Source of the DNA: the human T2T-CHM13v2.0 reference genome, Homo sapiens
Direction: 5' to 3' (one strand)
Assembly: GCF_009914755.1 (NCBI RefSeq)
Contig: NC_060931.1
DNA length: 64,000 bases
Below the pieces are notes generated by a model. That model saw only the letters and a program-made list of their open reading frames with translations, did no database searches and was not told the origin of the DNA. This document shows, piece after piece, positions 51,201-64,000 of the stretch (position 1 is the first letter of the stretch; every line of letters begins with the position of its first letter). The position numbers and the translations under genes are program-made.

Positions 51201-54200
51201 CAAGATAAAAATTAAGGGGAAGCTATCTGAGAAACTGCTTTGTGATGTGTGCATTCATCTCACAGATTTAAACCTGTCTTTTCATTCAGCAGTTTTGAAA
51301 CCCTGTTTTTGTAGAATCTGCAAAGGGATATTTGGGAGTGCATTGAGGCCAATGGTGAAAGAGAAAATACCTTCAGATAAAAAGTACAAAAAAATTTTCT
51401 GAGAAACTGCTTTGTGATGTGTGCATTCACTCACAGAGTTAAAATTTTCTTTTCATTCACCAGATTGAAAAAACTGTTTTTGTAGAATCTATGAAGGGAT
51501 ATTTGGTAGTGCATTTAGGCCTCCGGTGAAAAAGAAAATATCTTATGATAAAAGCTAGAAAGAAGTTATGTAAGGAACCACTTTGTGATGTGTACATTTT
51601 TCTCAGACAGTTAAACATTTATTTTGATTCAGTAGTTTGGAAAAACAGTATTTGTCCATTCTGCAAATGGACTTCTGGGACCTCATTGAGGCCAATTGCA
51701 AAAAAGCTAATATAGGAGGATAGAAACTAGAAGGATGCTATCTGAGAGACTGCTTTCTACTGTGTGCATTCATACCTTAGAGGTAAACCTTTCTTTTCTT
51801 TAGGAGTTTGGAAACACTTTTATTGTAGAATCTCTGAAGGGGTATTTGGGGTGCATAGAGACCTATGGTGAAAAAGAAAATATCTTCAGATAAAAAGTAG
51901 AAAGAAGCTTTCAGAGAAACTGCTTTGTTATTTACACATTCATCTCACAGAGTTAACACCTTATTTTGATTCAGCTGTTTTGAAACACTGTTTTTGTCCA
52001 TTATGCAAATGGACATTTGGGAGGAAATTGTGGCCAATTGTGAAAAAAGGAATATCCCAGGGAAAAACTACAAGGAATCTATTTGAGAAACTGCTTTGTG
52101 ATGTGTACCTTCACCTCACACAGTTAAATCTTTCTTTTGATTCAGCAGTTTGGAAATGCTGTTTTTGTCCATTCTGTGAAAGGATATTGGGAGCTCATTG
52201 AGGTCTATGGTGAAAAAGAAAATATCTTCAGAGGAAAACAGGAAAGAAGCATTCCTGGAAATTGCTTCGTGTTTTGTCCATTCATCTCACAGAGTTAAAC
52301 CATTCTTTTGATTCAGCAGTTTGGAAACACTGTTTTTTCCATTCTGCGAATGGACATTTGGGAGCTCATTGAAGCCAGTGGCCAAAAATCGAATGTCCCA
52401 GTATAAAAACTAAGAGGAAGCTATATGAGAAACCACTTTGTGATGTGTGCTTTCTTCTCACAGAGTTAAACCTTTCTTTTCATTCAGCAGTTTGAAAACA
52501 TAGTTTTCGTCCATTCTGAGAATGGATATTTGGGAGCTCATTGAGGCTAATGGTGAAAAACCCAATATCCCAGGATAAAAATGAAGGAAGCCATCTGAGA
52601 AACCAATTTGTGATGTATCTATTCACCTTGAGGAGTTGATTCATTCTTTTTCATTCAGGAGTTTGGAAACACTGTTTTTGTAGAATCTGCAAATGGACAT
52701 TAAGGGGTTCTTTGAGGCAAATGGAGAAAAAGTGATTATCCCCCAATAAAAACTAGAAGGAATCTATCTGAGAAACCACTTTGTGATGTGTGAATTCATC
52801 TCACAGGTTAATCCTTTCTTTTCATTCAGCAGTTCGGAAACACTGTTTCTGTAGAATCTGTGAAGGGATAGTTGGGAGCACGTTGAGGCCTATTGTGATG
52901 AAAACATTTTCAGATAAAAACTAAAAAGAAGCTTTCTGAGAAACTGCTTCACAATATTTGCATTCATCTCAAAGAGTTATACTTTTTTTGATTCAGCATT
53001 TTGGAAACTCTATTTTTCTCCATTGTGCTAATGGACATTTTGGAGCTCCTTTATGCCAATGGCAAAAAAGCGAATATTCCTTGGTAAAAACTAGATGGAA
53101 TGTATGTGAGAAACCACTTTGTGGTGTGGACTTTCATCTCACAGAGTTAAACCTTCTTTACATTCAGTATTTTGGAAACACTGTTTTTGTCCTTTCTGTG
53201 AATGGACTTTTGGGGGCTCATTGAGGCTAATGGTGAAAAATCCAAAGTCCCATTATAAAACTAAGAGGAAGCTATCTGAGAAACTGCTTTGTGATGTGTG
53301 CATTCATCTCATAGTGTTAAACCTTTCCTTTCATTCAGCAGTATGGAAACACTTTTTTTGGCCTTTGTGAGAATGGACATTTGAAAGCTCATTGAAGACA
53401 ATGGTGAAAAAGTGAATATCCCAGGATAAAAACAGAAGGAAGATATCTGAGAAACCGGTTTGTGATGTGTGCATTCATCTCTCAGAGTTAAAACTTTCTT
53501 TTGATACAGCAGTTTGGAAACACTGTTCTTCTCCTTTGTGTGAATGGACATTTGGGAGCTCACTGACACAAATGATGAAAAAGTGAATATCCCAGGAAAA
53601 AACTAGAATGAAGCTATCTGAGAAACCACTTTGTGATGTGTACATTCATCTCTCAGAATTAAGACTTTCTTTACATTCAGCAGTCTGGAAACACTGTTTT
53701 TGTTCATTCTACAAATGGACATTTGGGAGCTCATTGATGCCAATGGCGAAAAAGAAAATATCCCAATATAAAAAAAGAAGGATGCTATCTGAGACACCGC
53801 TTTGTGATGTGTGCATTCTTCTTGAAGAGATAACCTTTCTTTTCATTCAAAAGTTTGGAAACACTGTTTCTGTATAATCTGCGAAGGGATTTTTGGGAGC
53901 TCATTGAGGCCTATGGTGAAAAGGAAAATATTTTCAGATTAAAAACGAGTAAGAAACATTCTGAGAAACCGTTTTGTGACATGTTCACCCATCTCACAGA
54001 GGTACACCTTTCTTTTAATTCATCAGTTTGGAAGCACTCTTTTTGTCCACTCTGCAAGTGGACATTTCAGATCTCATTGTGGCCAATGGCAAAAAAGTGA
54101 ATATCCCACGATAAAAACTAGAAGGATGCTATCTGAGAAACTTGTTTGTGAGGTCTGCATTCATCTCACAGAGTTAAACCATTCTTTTGATACAGTAGTT

Positions 54201-55110
54201 TGTAAACAAAGTTTTTGTAGAATCTGCAAAGGGATATTTGGGAATGAATTGAGGCCAATGGTGAAAAATTGAAAAACTCAGGATAAAAATTAAGAGGAAG
54301 CTATCTGAAAAACCACTTTGTGGTGTATGCATTCATCTCACATAATTAAAACATTATGTTTATTCAGCAATTTGGAAACACTGTTTTTGAAGGATCTGCG
54401 AAGTGATATTTGGGAGCTCATTGAGACCAATGGCAAAAAAAGAGAATATCCCACGATAAAATCCAGAAGGAAGCTATCTGAGAAAATGCTTTGTGATGTG
54501 TGCATTCAGCTCAAGGAGTTAAATTTTTCTTTTAATTCAACAGTTTTGAAACATTGTTTTTGTAGAATCTGCAAATTGACATTTGGGAACTCATTCAGGC
54601 CTATGGTGAAAAAGAAATTATCTTCAGGCAAAAACTGGAAAGAAGCTTTCTGAGTAACTGCTTTGTGGTGTGTGCATTAATCTCACAGAATTAAACCTTT
54701 CTGTGGATTCATCAGTTTGGAAACACTGTTTTTGTCCACTTTGCTAATGGGCATTTGGAGGCTAATTAGGCCAAAGGGGAAAACGACTATCCAACAATAA
54801 AAACGAGAAGGAAACTATCTGAGAAACTGGCTTGCGATGTCTGCATTCATCTTGCAGATTTAAACATTTCATCTCCTTCACCATTTTGGAAAAAGTGTTT
54901 TTGTAGTATCTGCAAAGAGATATTTTGGACGCATTGGGTTCTATGGTTAAAAATAAAATAACTTCAGATAAAAACTAGTTTTGTCCATCACAAAACTGTT
55001 TTGTGATGTGCACATTCATCTCACAGAGTTAAACCTTCTTTTCATTCAACAGTTTGGAAACACTGTTTTTCTTCATTCTGCAAATGGATATTTTCAAGCT
55101 CATTAAGGAC
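48241..55110 (+). repeat. Alpha satellite block 5c (two-monomer layer resumes)
   Basis: TTCAGCAG, GTCCATTC...GAATGGACA and GAATATCCCAGGATA monomers return from ~48260. Confidence 0.93.
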
Positions 55111-55895
55111 AAAGGGAAGTGGTGACAGACAGCACCTGGAAAATTGGGTAACTCCAACCCTAATACTGTGCTTTTCCAATGGTCTTAGCAAATGGCACAC
55201 CAGGAGGTTATATCCCACACATGGCTGAGAGGGTCCCAAGCCCACAGAGTCTTGCTTATTGTTAGCACATCAGTCTGAGTTCAAACTGCAAGATGGCAGC
55301 AAGGATGGGAGTGGGGTGCCTGCAATTGTTAAGGCTTGAGTATGCAAACAAAGCATCTGAGAAGCTCGATCTCGGTGGAGCCCACCACAGCTCAAGGAGG
55401 CCTGCCTGTCCTTAGAGATGCCATCTCTGGGGGCAGGGCATAGCCAAACAAAAGAAAGCAGAAACTTCTGCAGACTTAAAAGTCCCTGTCTGACAGCTTT
55501 GAAGAGAGCTGTGGTTCTCCCAGCATGGCATTTGAGATCTGAGAATTGACACACTGCCTCCTCAAGTGGGTCCCTGACCCCCGAGTAGACTGAGAGGCAC
55601 CCTCCAGTAGAGGCAGACTGGCTGCTCACATGGCCGGGTACTCCTCTGAGATGAAGCTTCCAGAGGAATGATCAGGCAGCAAAATGTGCTGTTCAGCAAT
55701 AATCGCAGTTCTGCAGCCTCTGCTGCTGATACCCAGGCAAACAGGTCTGGAATGGACCTCCAGCAAAATTCAGCAGACCTGCAGCTGAGGTTCCTGATGG
55801 TTAGAAGGAAAACTAACAAAAAGAAAGCACATCCACACCAAAACCCAACTGTACGTCACTATCATCAAAGACCAAAGGTAGATAAAACCCCAAAG
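55111..55895 (+). promoter_or_regulatory. L1 5'UTR remnant (lacks roughly the first 240 nt, CpG-decayed, retains the ~129 bp segment at 55641-55769)
   Basis: Colinear with the L1PA 5'UTR as recalled, with pervasive CpG to TpG/CpA changes. Confidence 0.85.
55114..55326 (-). pseudogene. L1 antisense ORF0 remnant
   Basis: In-frame IAGTPLPSLLPSCSLNSD*...GLGPSQPCVGYNLLVCHLLRPLEKHSIRVGVTQFSRC matches ORF0 (MAGAPPPASLPPCSLISD...GVGPSEPG...RVGVTRFSRC). The start codon is ATT and there is a stop at 55270-55272. Confidence 0.8.
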
Positions 55896-56909
55896 ATGGG
55901 GAAAAAAACAGCAGAAAAGCTGAAAATTCTAAACATCAGAGTGCCTCTCCCCTTGCAAAGGAACGCAGCTCCTCGCCAGCAAGAGAACAAGCTGGACAGA
56001 GAATGACTTTGAGAAGTTGAGAGAAGAAAGCTTCAGATGATCAAACTTCTGTGATCGAAAGGAGAAAGTTTGAACTCATTGGAAAGAAGCTAAAAACCTT
56101 GAAAAAAATAAGACCAAGAGCTAACTAGAATAACCAGTGTAGAAAAGTCCTTAAATGACCTGATGGAGCTGAAAACCATGGCACAAGAACTACGTGATGA
56201 ATGCACAAGCTTCAGTAGCTGATTTGATCAACTGGAAGAAAGGGTAACAGTGATGGAAGATCAAATGAATCAAATGAAGCGAGAAGAGAATTTTAGAGAA
56301 AAAAGGGTAAAAAGAAATGAAAGAAGCCTCCAAGAAATATGGGATTATGTGAAAAGACCAAATCTACTTGTGATTGCTGTACCTGAAAGTGACGGGGAGA
56401 ATAGAAACAAGTTGGAAAACACTCTGCAGGATATTATCCAGGAGAACTTCCCCAACCTAGCAAGGCAGGCCAACATTCAAAGTCAGAAAATACAGAGAAG
56501 TCCACAAAGATACTCCTCAAGAAGAGCAACTCCAAGGCACGTAATTGTCAGATTCACCAAAGTTGAAATGAAGGAAAAAATGTTAAGGACAGCCAGAGAG
56601 AAAGGTCTGGTTACCCACAAAGGGAAGCCCATCAGACTAACAGCTGATCTCTCAGCAGAAACTCTACAAACCAGAAGAGAAGGGGGCCCAATATTCAACA
56701 TTCTTAAAGAAAAGAATTTTCAACCCAGAATTTCATATCCAGCCAAACTAAGCTTCATAAGTGAAGGAGAAATAAAGTCCTTTACAGACAAGCAAATGCT
56801 GAGAGATTTTGTCACCACGAGGTCTGCCCTACAAGAGCTCCTGAAGGAAGCACTAAACATGGAAAGGAGCAACCGGTACCAGCCACTGCAAAAACATGCC
56901 AAATTGTAA
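55896..56909 (+). pseudogene. L1 ORF1p (RNA-binding chaperone), disrupted N-terminus
   Basis: ATGGGGAAAAAA start. The open C-terminal 219 aa contain EIWDYVKRPNL, ENFPNLARQ, YPAKLSF and LQKHAKL*. The first ~350 nt have frameshifts and stops. Confidence 0.96.
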
Positions 56910-56972
56910 AGGCCATCGATGATAGAAAGAAACTGCATCAACTAACGAGCAAAATAACTACCTAACATCATA

Positions 56973-59863
56973 ATGACAGGATCAAATTCACACATAACAA
57001 TATTAACTTTAAATGTAAATGGGCTAAGTGCTCCAATTAAAAGACACAGATTGACAAATTGGATAAAGAATCAAGTCTCATCATTGTCCTGTATTCATGA
57101 GACCAATCTCACGTGCAGAGACACATATAGGCTCAAAATAAAAGGATGGAGGAAGATCTACCAAGCAAATGGAAAACAATAAAAGGCAGGGGTTGCAATC
57201 CTAGTCTCTGATAAAACAGACTTTAATCCAACAAAGATCAAAAGAGACAAAGAAGGCCATTACATAATGGTAAAGGGATCAATTCAACAAGAAGAGCTAA
57301 CTATCCTAAATATATATGCACCCAATACAGGAGCACCCAGATTCATTAAACAAGTCCTTAGTGACCTACAGAGAGACTTAGACTCCCACACAATAACAAT
57401 GGGAGACTTTAACATCCCACTGTCAACATTAGACAGATTAATGAGACAGAAAGTTAGCAAGAATATCCAGGAATTGAGCTCAGCTCTGCACAAAGAGGAC
57501 CTAATAGACATCTACAGAACTCTCCACCCCAAATCAACAGAATATACATTTTTTTCAGTACCACACCACACTTATTCCAAAATTGACCATATAGTTGGAC
57601 ATAAAGCACTCCTCAGCAAATGTAAAAGAACAGAGATGATAACAAACTATCTCTCAGACCACAGTGCAATCAAACTAGAATTCAGGATTAAGAAACTCAC
57701 TTGAAACTGCTCAACTACATGGAAATTGAACAACCTGCTCCTGAATGACTAATGGGTACATAATGAAATAAAAGCAGAAATAAATATGTTCTTTGAAACC
57801 AACGAGAACAAAGACACAACATACCAGAATCTCTGGGACACATTTAAAGCAGTGTGTAGAGGGAAATTTATAGCACTAAATGCCCACAAGAGAAAGCAGG
57901 AAAGATCTAAAATTGACACCTGGACAGCGCAAATAAAAGAACTAGAGAAGCAAGAGCAAACACATTCAAAAGCTAGCAGAAGGCAAGAAATAACTAAGAT
58001 CAGAGTAGAACTGAAGGAAATAGGACACAAAAAACCCTTCAAAAAATCAATTAATCCAGGAGCTGGTTTTTTGAAAAGAGCAACAAAATTGATAGACCAC
58101 TAGCAAGACTAATAAAGAGAGAGGAATCAAATAGATGCAATAAAAAATGATAAGGGGGATATCACCACCAATCCCACATAAATATAAACTACCATTAGAG
58201 AATACTATAAACACCTCTATGCAAATAAACTAGAAAATGTAGACGAAATGGATAATTTCCTCAACACATACACCCTCCCAATACTAAACGAGGAAGAAGT
58301 TGAATCTCTGAATAGACCAATAACAGGCTCTGAATTTGAGGCAATAATTAATAGCTTATGAACCAAAAAATGTCCAGGACCAGATGGATTCACTGCCGAA
58401 TTCTACCAGAGGTACAAGGAGGAGCTGGTACCAATCCTTCTGAAACTATTCCAATCAACAGGAAAAGAGAGAATCCTCCCTAACTCATTTTATAAGGCCA
58501 ACATCATCCTGATACCAAAGCCTGGCAGAGACACAACAATAAAAGAGAATTTTAGACCAATATCCTTGATGAACATTGATGCTAAAATACTTAATAAAAT
58601 ACTGGCAAACGGAATCCAGCAACAGATCAAAAAGCGTATCCACCATGATCGAGTGGGCTTCATCCCTGGGATGCAAGGCTGGTTCAGCATACATAAATCA
58701 ATAAATGTAATCCAGCATATAAACAGAAACAAAGACAAAAACACGTGATTATCTCAATAGATGCAGAAAAGGTCTTTGACAAAATTCAACAATCCTTCAT
58801 GCTAAAATCTCTCAATAAATTAGGTATTGATGTGACATATCTAAAAATAATAAGAGTTCTCTATGACAAACCCACAGCAAATATCATATCGAATGGGCAA
58901 AAGCTGGAAGCATTCCCTTTGAAAACTGGCACAAGACAGGGATGCCCTCTCTCACCACTCCTATTCAACATAGTGTTGGAGGTTCTAGCCAGGACAATCA
59001 GGCAGGAGAAGGAAATAAAGGGTATTCAGTTAGGAAGACAGGAAGTCAAATGGTCCCTGTTTGCAGATGACATGACTGTATATCTAGAAAATGCCATTGT
59101 CTCAGCTCAAAATCTCCTCAAGCTGACAAGCAACTTCAGCAAAGTCTCAGGATACAAAATCAATGTGCAAAAATCACAAGCATTCTTACACACCAATAAC
59201 AGAAAAACAGAGAGCCAAATCATGAGTGAACTCCCATTCACAATTGCTTCAAAGAGAATAAAATACCTAGGAATCCAACTTACAAGGGATGGAAGGACCT
59301 CTTCAAGGAGAACTACAAACAGCTGCTCAATAAAATAAAAGAAGATACAAACAAATGGAAGAACATTCCATGCTCATGGGCAGGTAGAATCAATATCGTG
59401 AAAATGGCCATACTGCCCAAGGTAATTTATAGATTCAATGCCATCCCCATCAAGCTACCAATGACTTTCTTCACAGAATTGGAAAAAACTACTTTAAATT
59501 TCATATGGAACCAAAAAAGAGCCCACATTGCCAATTCAATGCTAAGCCAAAAGAACAAAGCTGGAGGCAACATGCTACTTGACTTCAAATTATACTACAA
59601 GGCTACAGTAACCAAAACAACATGGTACTGGCACCAAAACAGAGATATAGACCAATGGAACAGAACAGAGCCCTCAGAAATAATGCCTCATATCTACAAC
59701 TATCTGATCTTTCACAAAACTGAGAAAAACAAGCAATGGGGAAAGGTGTCCCTATTAAATAAATGGTGCTGGGAAAACTGGCTAGCCATATGTAGAAAGC
59801 TGAAGCTGGATCCCTTCCTTACACCTTATACAAAAATTAATTCAAGATGGATTAAAGACTTAA
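56973..59863 (+). pseudogene. L1 ORF2p (APE endonuclease plus reverse transcriptase), multiply disrupted and C-terminally truncated
   Basis: MTGSNSHITILTLNVNGL, GDFN, YSKIDH, SDHSAIKL (endonuclease); RQGCPLSP and LFADD at ~59060 (RT). Stops at 57180 and 57702 among others, plus frameshifts. Ends near codon ~960. Confidence 0.97.
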
Positions 59864-62800
59864 GTAAAACCATGTTTTTGATTGAGCAGTGTGGAAACAC
59901 TGTTTTTGTATAATCTGTGAAGGGATATTTGGGAGCTCATTGAAGCCTATGATAAAAAAGGGAAAATCTTCGATAAAAATTAGAAAGAAGCTTTCTGAGA
60001 AACTGCTTTTTCATGTGTGCCATCATCCAACAGCTGTAAACCTTTATTTTGGTTGAGAAGTTTGAAAACGCTGTTTTTGCGGAACCTGCACAGAGATATT
60101 AGGAAGAATATTGTGGCCTATACTAGAAATGGTAATATTTTCAGGTAAAAACTACAAAAAATATTTCTGAGACACCGCTTCGTGATGTGTAGATTCATCT
60201 CACAGAGTTAAACCTGTCTTTTGATTGAGCAGTTTTGAAACACTGTTTTTGTAGAATTGGCAAAGGGATGTTTCCGAGCACTTTGAGACCTAGGCTGAAA
60301 AAGGAAGTACATTCAGATAAAAACTACAAAGAAGGTTTCAGAGCAACTGCTTTGTGATGTGAGTATTCAATTCACAGAGGTAAACCTTTCTTTTGATTGA
60401 GCAGCTTGTAAACACTGTTTTTGTAGAATCTGGGAAAAGATATTTGGCAGCACTTTGAGGCCTATGATGAAAACGAAATATCTTCAGATAACAACTAGAA
60501 TGAGTCTTTCTGAGAAACTGCTTTGTGATGTGTACGTTTTTCTCAAAGACGTAATCCATACTTTTGATTGAGCAGTTTGGAAACAATGTTTTGTAGAAAC
60601 TGCAAAGGGATATTTGGGAGTGCATTCAGTCCTAGGCTGAAAAAGGAAATATCTGCAGATAAAAACTAGAAAGAAGCTTTCAGAGACACTTTTGTTTGAT
60701 GTGTGCATGCATCACACCCAGTTAAACCTTCCTTTTGATTGAGTATTTTGGGAACACTGTTTTCGTAGAATCTGGGAAGGCATATTTGGAAGGATTTGGG
60801 GCCTATGGTGAAAAAGAAAATACCTTCAGATAAAAAAAACAGAAAGAACCATTCTGAGACACTGCTTTGTGATGTGTGCATTTATCTCACAGAGTTAAAC
60901 CTTTCATTGGATTGAGCAGTTTGTAAACACTGTTTTTGTAGAATCTCTGAAGGGATAGTTGGGAGCTCGTTGAGGACTATGATGAAAAAGGAAATATCTT
61001 CAAATAAATACATAGAAATTTTCTGAGATACTGATTTGAGATGTGTGCATACAACACACCGAGTTAAATCCCTCTTTTCATTGAACAGTTTTGACACACA
61101 TTTTTTGTAGATTCTGCAAAGGGATATTTTGGAACACTTTGAGGTGTATGGTGAAAAAGGAGATATCTTCAGCTAAAAAATAGAAAGAAAGGTTCTGAGA
61201 CACAGCTTTGTGCTGTGTGCATTCATCTCACAGATGTAAACCTTTCTTTCGATTGAGCAGTTTGGAAACACTGTTTTTGTAGAATCAGAGAAGGGATAAT
61301 TGGGAGATCATTAAGTCCTATGGTGAAAAAGGAAATATCCAGATAAAAACAAAAAATATTTCTGAGAAACTGCTCTGTGATGTGTGCATTCATGTCACAG
61401 AGTCAAAACTTTCTTTTCATTGAGCATTTTGTAAACACTGTTTTTGTAGAATCTGTGAAGGGAGATTTGGGAATGTAATTAGGCCTATGGTGAAAAATAA
61501 AATACCCTCATATAAAAACTAGATAGAAGATTTCTGAGAAACTGCTTTGTGATGTGTGAATTCATCTCACAGAATTAAAGCTTTTTTTGATTCAGCACTT
61601 TGGAAAAACTGTTTTGTTAGAAATTGTGAAGGGATATTTCAGAGTGCTTTGAGGCCAACAGAAAAAAAGGAAATATCTTCGGATCAAAACTAGAAAGAAT
61701 ATTTCTGAGAAACTGCTTTGTGATGTGTCCATTGGTCTCATAGAATTAAACCTTTCTTTTTAAAGAGCAGCTTGAAAACACTGGTTTTGTAGAATCTGCA
61801 AAGGGATATTTGGGAGCATATTTAGACCTTTGATGAAAAAGGTAATATCTTCAGGTAAAAACTAGAAAGAAGGCTTCTGAGACACGGCTTTGTTGTGTGT
61901 GCACTCATTTCAAGATGTAAACTTTCCTTTTGATTGAGCAGTTTGGAATCTGTTTTTATAGAATCTGCAAAGGGATATTTTGGAGCACATTGACACCTAT
62001 GGTGAAAAATCTTCGGATAAATACTAGAAATAAGTGTTCTGAGAAACTGTTTTGTGATGTGTGCATTAGTCTCTCAGAGTCAAAACTTTCATTTGACTGA
62101 GCAGTTTGGAAACACTATCTTTGTAGAGTCTGTGAAGGGATAGTAGGAAGCACATTGAGGCCAAGGTGAAAAACGAAATATCTTCAGAGAAAAACTAGAG
62201 AGAGGGTTTCAGAGAAACTACTTTGTGATGTCTGCATTCATCTCACAGCATTAAAACATTCTTTTGAATGAGCAGCTTGGAAACACTGTTTTTGTAGAAT
62301 CTGCAAAGGGGAGTGATTTGAGGCCTATGTTGAAAAAAGAAATGTCTTCAGTTAAAAACAAGACAGAAGTTTTCTGAGAAACTGCTTTGGGAGGAGTGCA
62401 TTCATCTCCTACAGTTAAGCCTTTCTTTTGATGAAGCAGTTTGGAAAAACTGTCTTTGTACCATCTGCAAAGGGATATTTTGCAGTGCTTTGAGGCCTAT
62501 GTGGAAAAAGGAAATAGCTTCAGACAAAAATTAGAAAGATTCTGAGACATGGCTTTGTGATGTGTGCATTCAGCTCACAATTATAAACCTTTCTTGTAAT
62601 TGAGCAGTTTAGAATCTCTGTTTTTGTAGAATCTGCAAAGGTATATTTGGGAGGGCATCAAGGCCTACGGTGGAAAAGGAAATACATTCAGATAAAAACT
62701 AAAAAGAAGCATTAGGAGAAACTGCTTTGTGATGTTTGCATTCATTTCACAGCGATAAAACTTTCTTTTGGTTTAGCAGTTTTGAAATAGTGTTTTTGTA

Positions 62801-64000
62801 GATTCTATGAAGGGATATGAGAGCACACTGAGGCCTGTGCTGAGAAAGGAAATATCTTCAGATAAAAATTAGAAAGAAGCTTTCTGCAAACTTCTCTGTG
62901 ATGTGTGTCTTCCCCTCACAGATGTAAAACTTTCTTTGATTTAGGAGTTTGGAAACAGTGTTTTTGTAGATCTGTGAAGAGATATTAGGGAACGCATTGA
63001 GGCCTATGGTGAAAATGTTAATGTGTTCAGGTAAAAACTAGAAAGAACGTTTCTAAGACAATGCTTTGTTAAGTGTGCATTTATATCACAGAGTCAAAAC
63101 TTTCTTTTGATTGAGAAGTTTGGAAACACTCCTTTTGAAGAATCTGTGAAGGAATATTTGGGAGCAAATGGAGGCCTATGCTGAAAAAGGAAATATCTAC
63201 AGATAAAAACTAGAAAAAAGATTTCTGAGAAACTGCTTTGTGATGTGAGCATTCATCTCACAGAATTAAAGCTTTTACTTGATTGAGCAGATTGGAAACA
63301 TTGTTTTTGTAGTATCTGCAAAGAGATATTTTTGAGCCCTTCAATGCCTATGGTGTTTAAATCTCACAGAGTTAAACATTTCTTTTGATTGAACAGTTTG
63401 GAAACACTGTTTTTGTAGAATCTGTGAAGGGATATTTGAGAGCTCATTGAGGCCTATGGAGAAAAAGGAAATACCTTCAAATAAAAACTACAAAAGTTTT
63501 TCTGAGATACTGCTTAGTGATGTGTACATACATCTCACAGAGGTAAACCTCTCTTTTGATTGAGCAGTTTGGAAACACTGTTTTTGTAGAATCTGCAAAG
63601 GGATATTTGGGAGCGCATTGAGGCCCACTCTGAAAAGGGAAATATCATCAAGTAAAAACTACAAAGAAAGTTTCTGAGAAACTGCTTTGTGATGTGTGCA
63701 TTTATCTCACAGAGTTAAACCTTTCTTTTGATTGAGCAGACTGCAAACACTGTTTTTGTAGAATCTGCGAAGGAATATTTGGGAGTGCACTGAGAATTAT
63801 GGTGAAAAAGGAAATATCTTCTGATAAAAACTAGAAAGAAGCTTTCTGAGAAACTGCTTAGTCATGAGTGCATTCATCTCACAAAGTTAAACCTTTCTTT
63901 TGATTGATCAGTTTGGAAAGACTGTTTTTGAGGAATTTGTGAAGGGATATTTGGGAGGACATTGAGGCCTATGCTGTTAAAGGAAATATCTTCAGATAAA
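59864..64000 (+). repeat. Alpha satellite block 6 (~24 monomers, single-type layer), runs off the window
   Basis: GATTGAGCAG/GTAGAATCTG monomers. No GTCCATTC type seen. Confidence 0.96.

Larger units (their letters stand above)
55111..59863 (+). mobile_element. LINE-1 (L1PA4/5-like), truncated at both ends, inactive
   Basis: Partial 5'UTR starting GGTGACAGAC...GCACCTGGAAAA, ORF1, 63 nt spacer (56910-56972), and ORF2 up to SRWIKDL. No 3'UTR, poly-A or TSD. Confidence 0.98.

Noticed and set aside
2862-54653. Over 100 short ORFs with recurring peptides ([26 protein letters not shown]) that look like a Cys/His repeat protein family
   Set aside because: These are translations of the 171 bp (57-codon) satellite in all frames and both strands, with random stops and no gene structure.
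55111-59913. Retrotransposition-competent L1 or an ORF2-satellite fusion protein
   Set aside because: Multiple stops and frameshifts, and no 3' end. The read-through to 59913 is incidental.
2562-64000. CRISPR-like or repeat-spacer array
   Set aside because: The whole unit is repeated, with no unique spacers and no cas genes. It is primate alpha satellite.
2562-64000. Active centromeric HOR array or CENP-B boxes
   Set aside because: No TTCG....A..CGGG box was seen by eye (CTTCGTTG at ~18970 is at the wrong monomer position and lacks the rest). Monomers are highly divergent with no regular HOR.

Overview
Primate (very likely human) pericentromeric DNA, not a gene-bearing or microbial locus. 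Bases 1-2350 are a non-satellite flank with an AluJ-like element and an MLT1-like LTR split by an AluS-like element. A ~210 bp purine-rich tract follows. The rest is divergent, old, non-HOR alpha satellite (~171 bp monomers, no CENP-B box seen) that switches strand four times (~3650, ~28430, ~31610, ~33130). The array has at least two layers: a degenerate two-monomer layer (2.56-37.2 kb and 48.25-55.1 kb) and a single-type pJalpha-box layer (37.4-48.2 kb and 59.9-64 kb). Three L1PA pieces interrupt it: ~290 bp at 15.26 kb, ~160 bp with a TSD at 44.0 kb, and a 4.75 kb doubly truncated dead element at 55.1-59.9 kb. The only real coding sequence is pseudogenised L1 ORF0, ORF1 and ORF2; all other ORFs are artefacts of repeats. 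I see no evidence of a new gene system. The most notable structure is DNA-level: monomer-type-specific hairpins, an inverted satellite block flanked by a 12 bp duplication, near-identical one-monomer copies, relic multimer duplications and templated repair scars. Subfamily and layer names come from memory of consensus sequences and need RepeatMasker or HMM confirmation.
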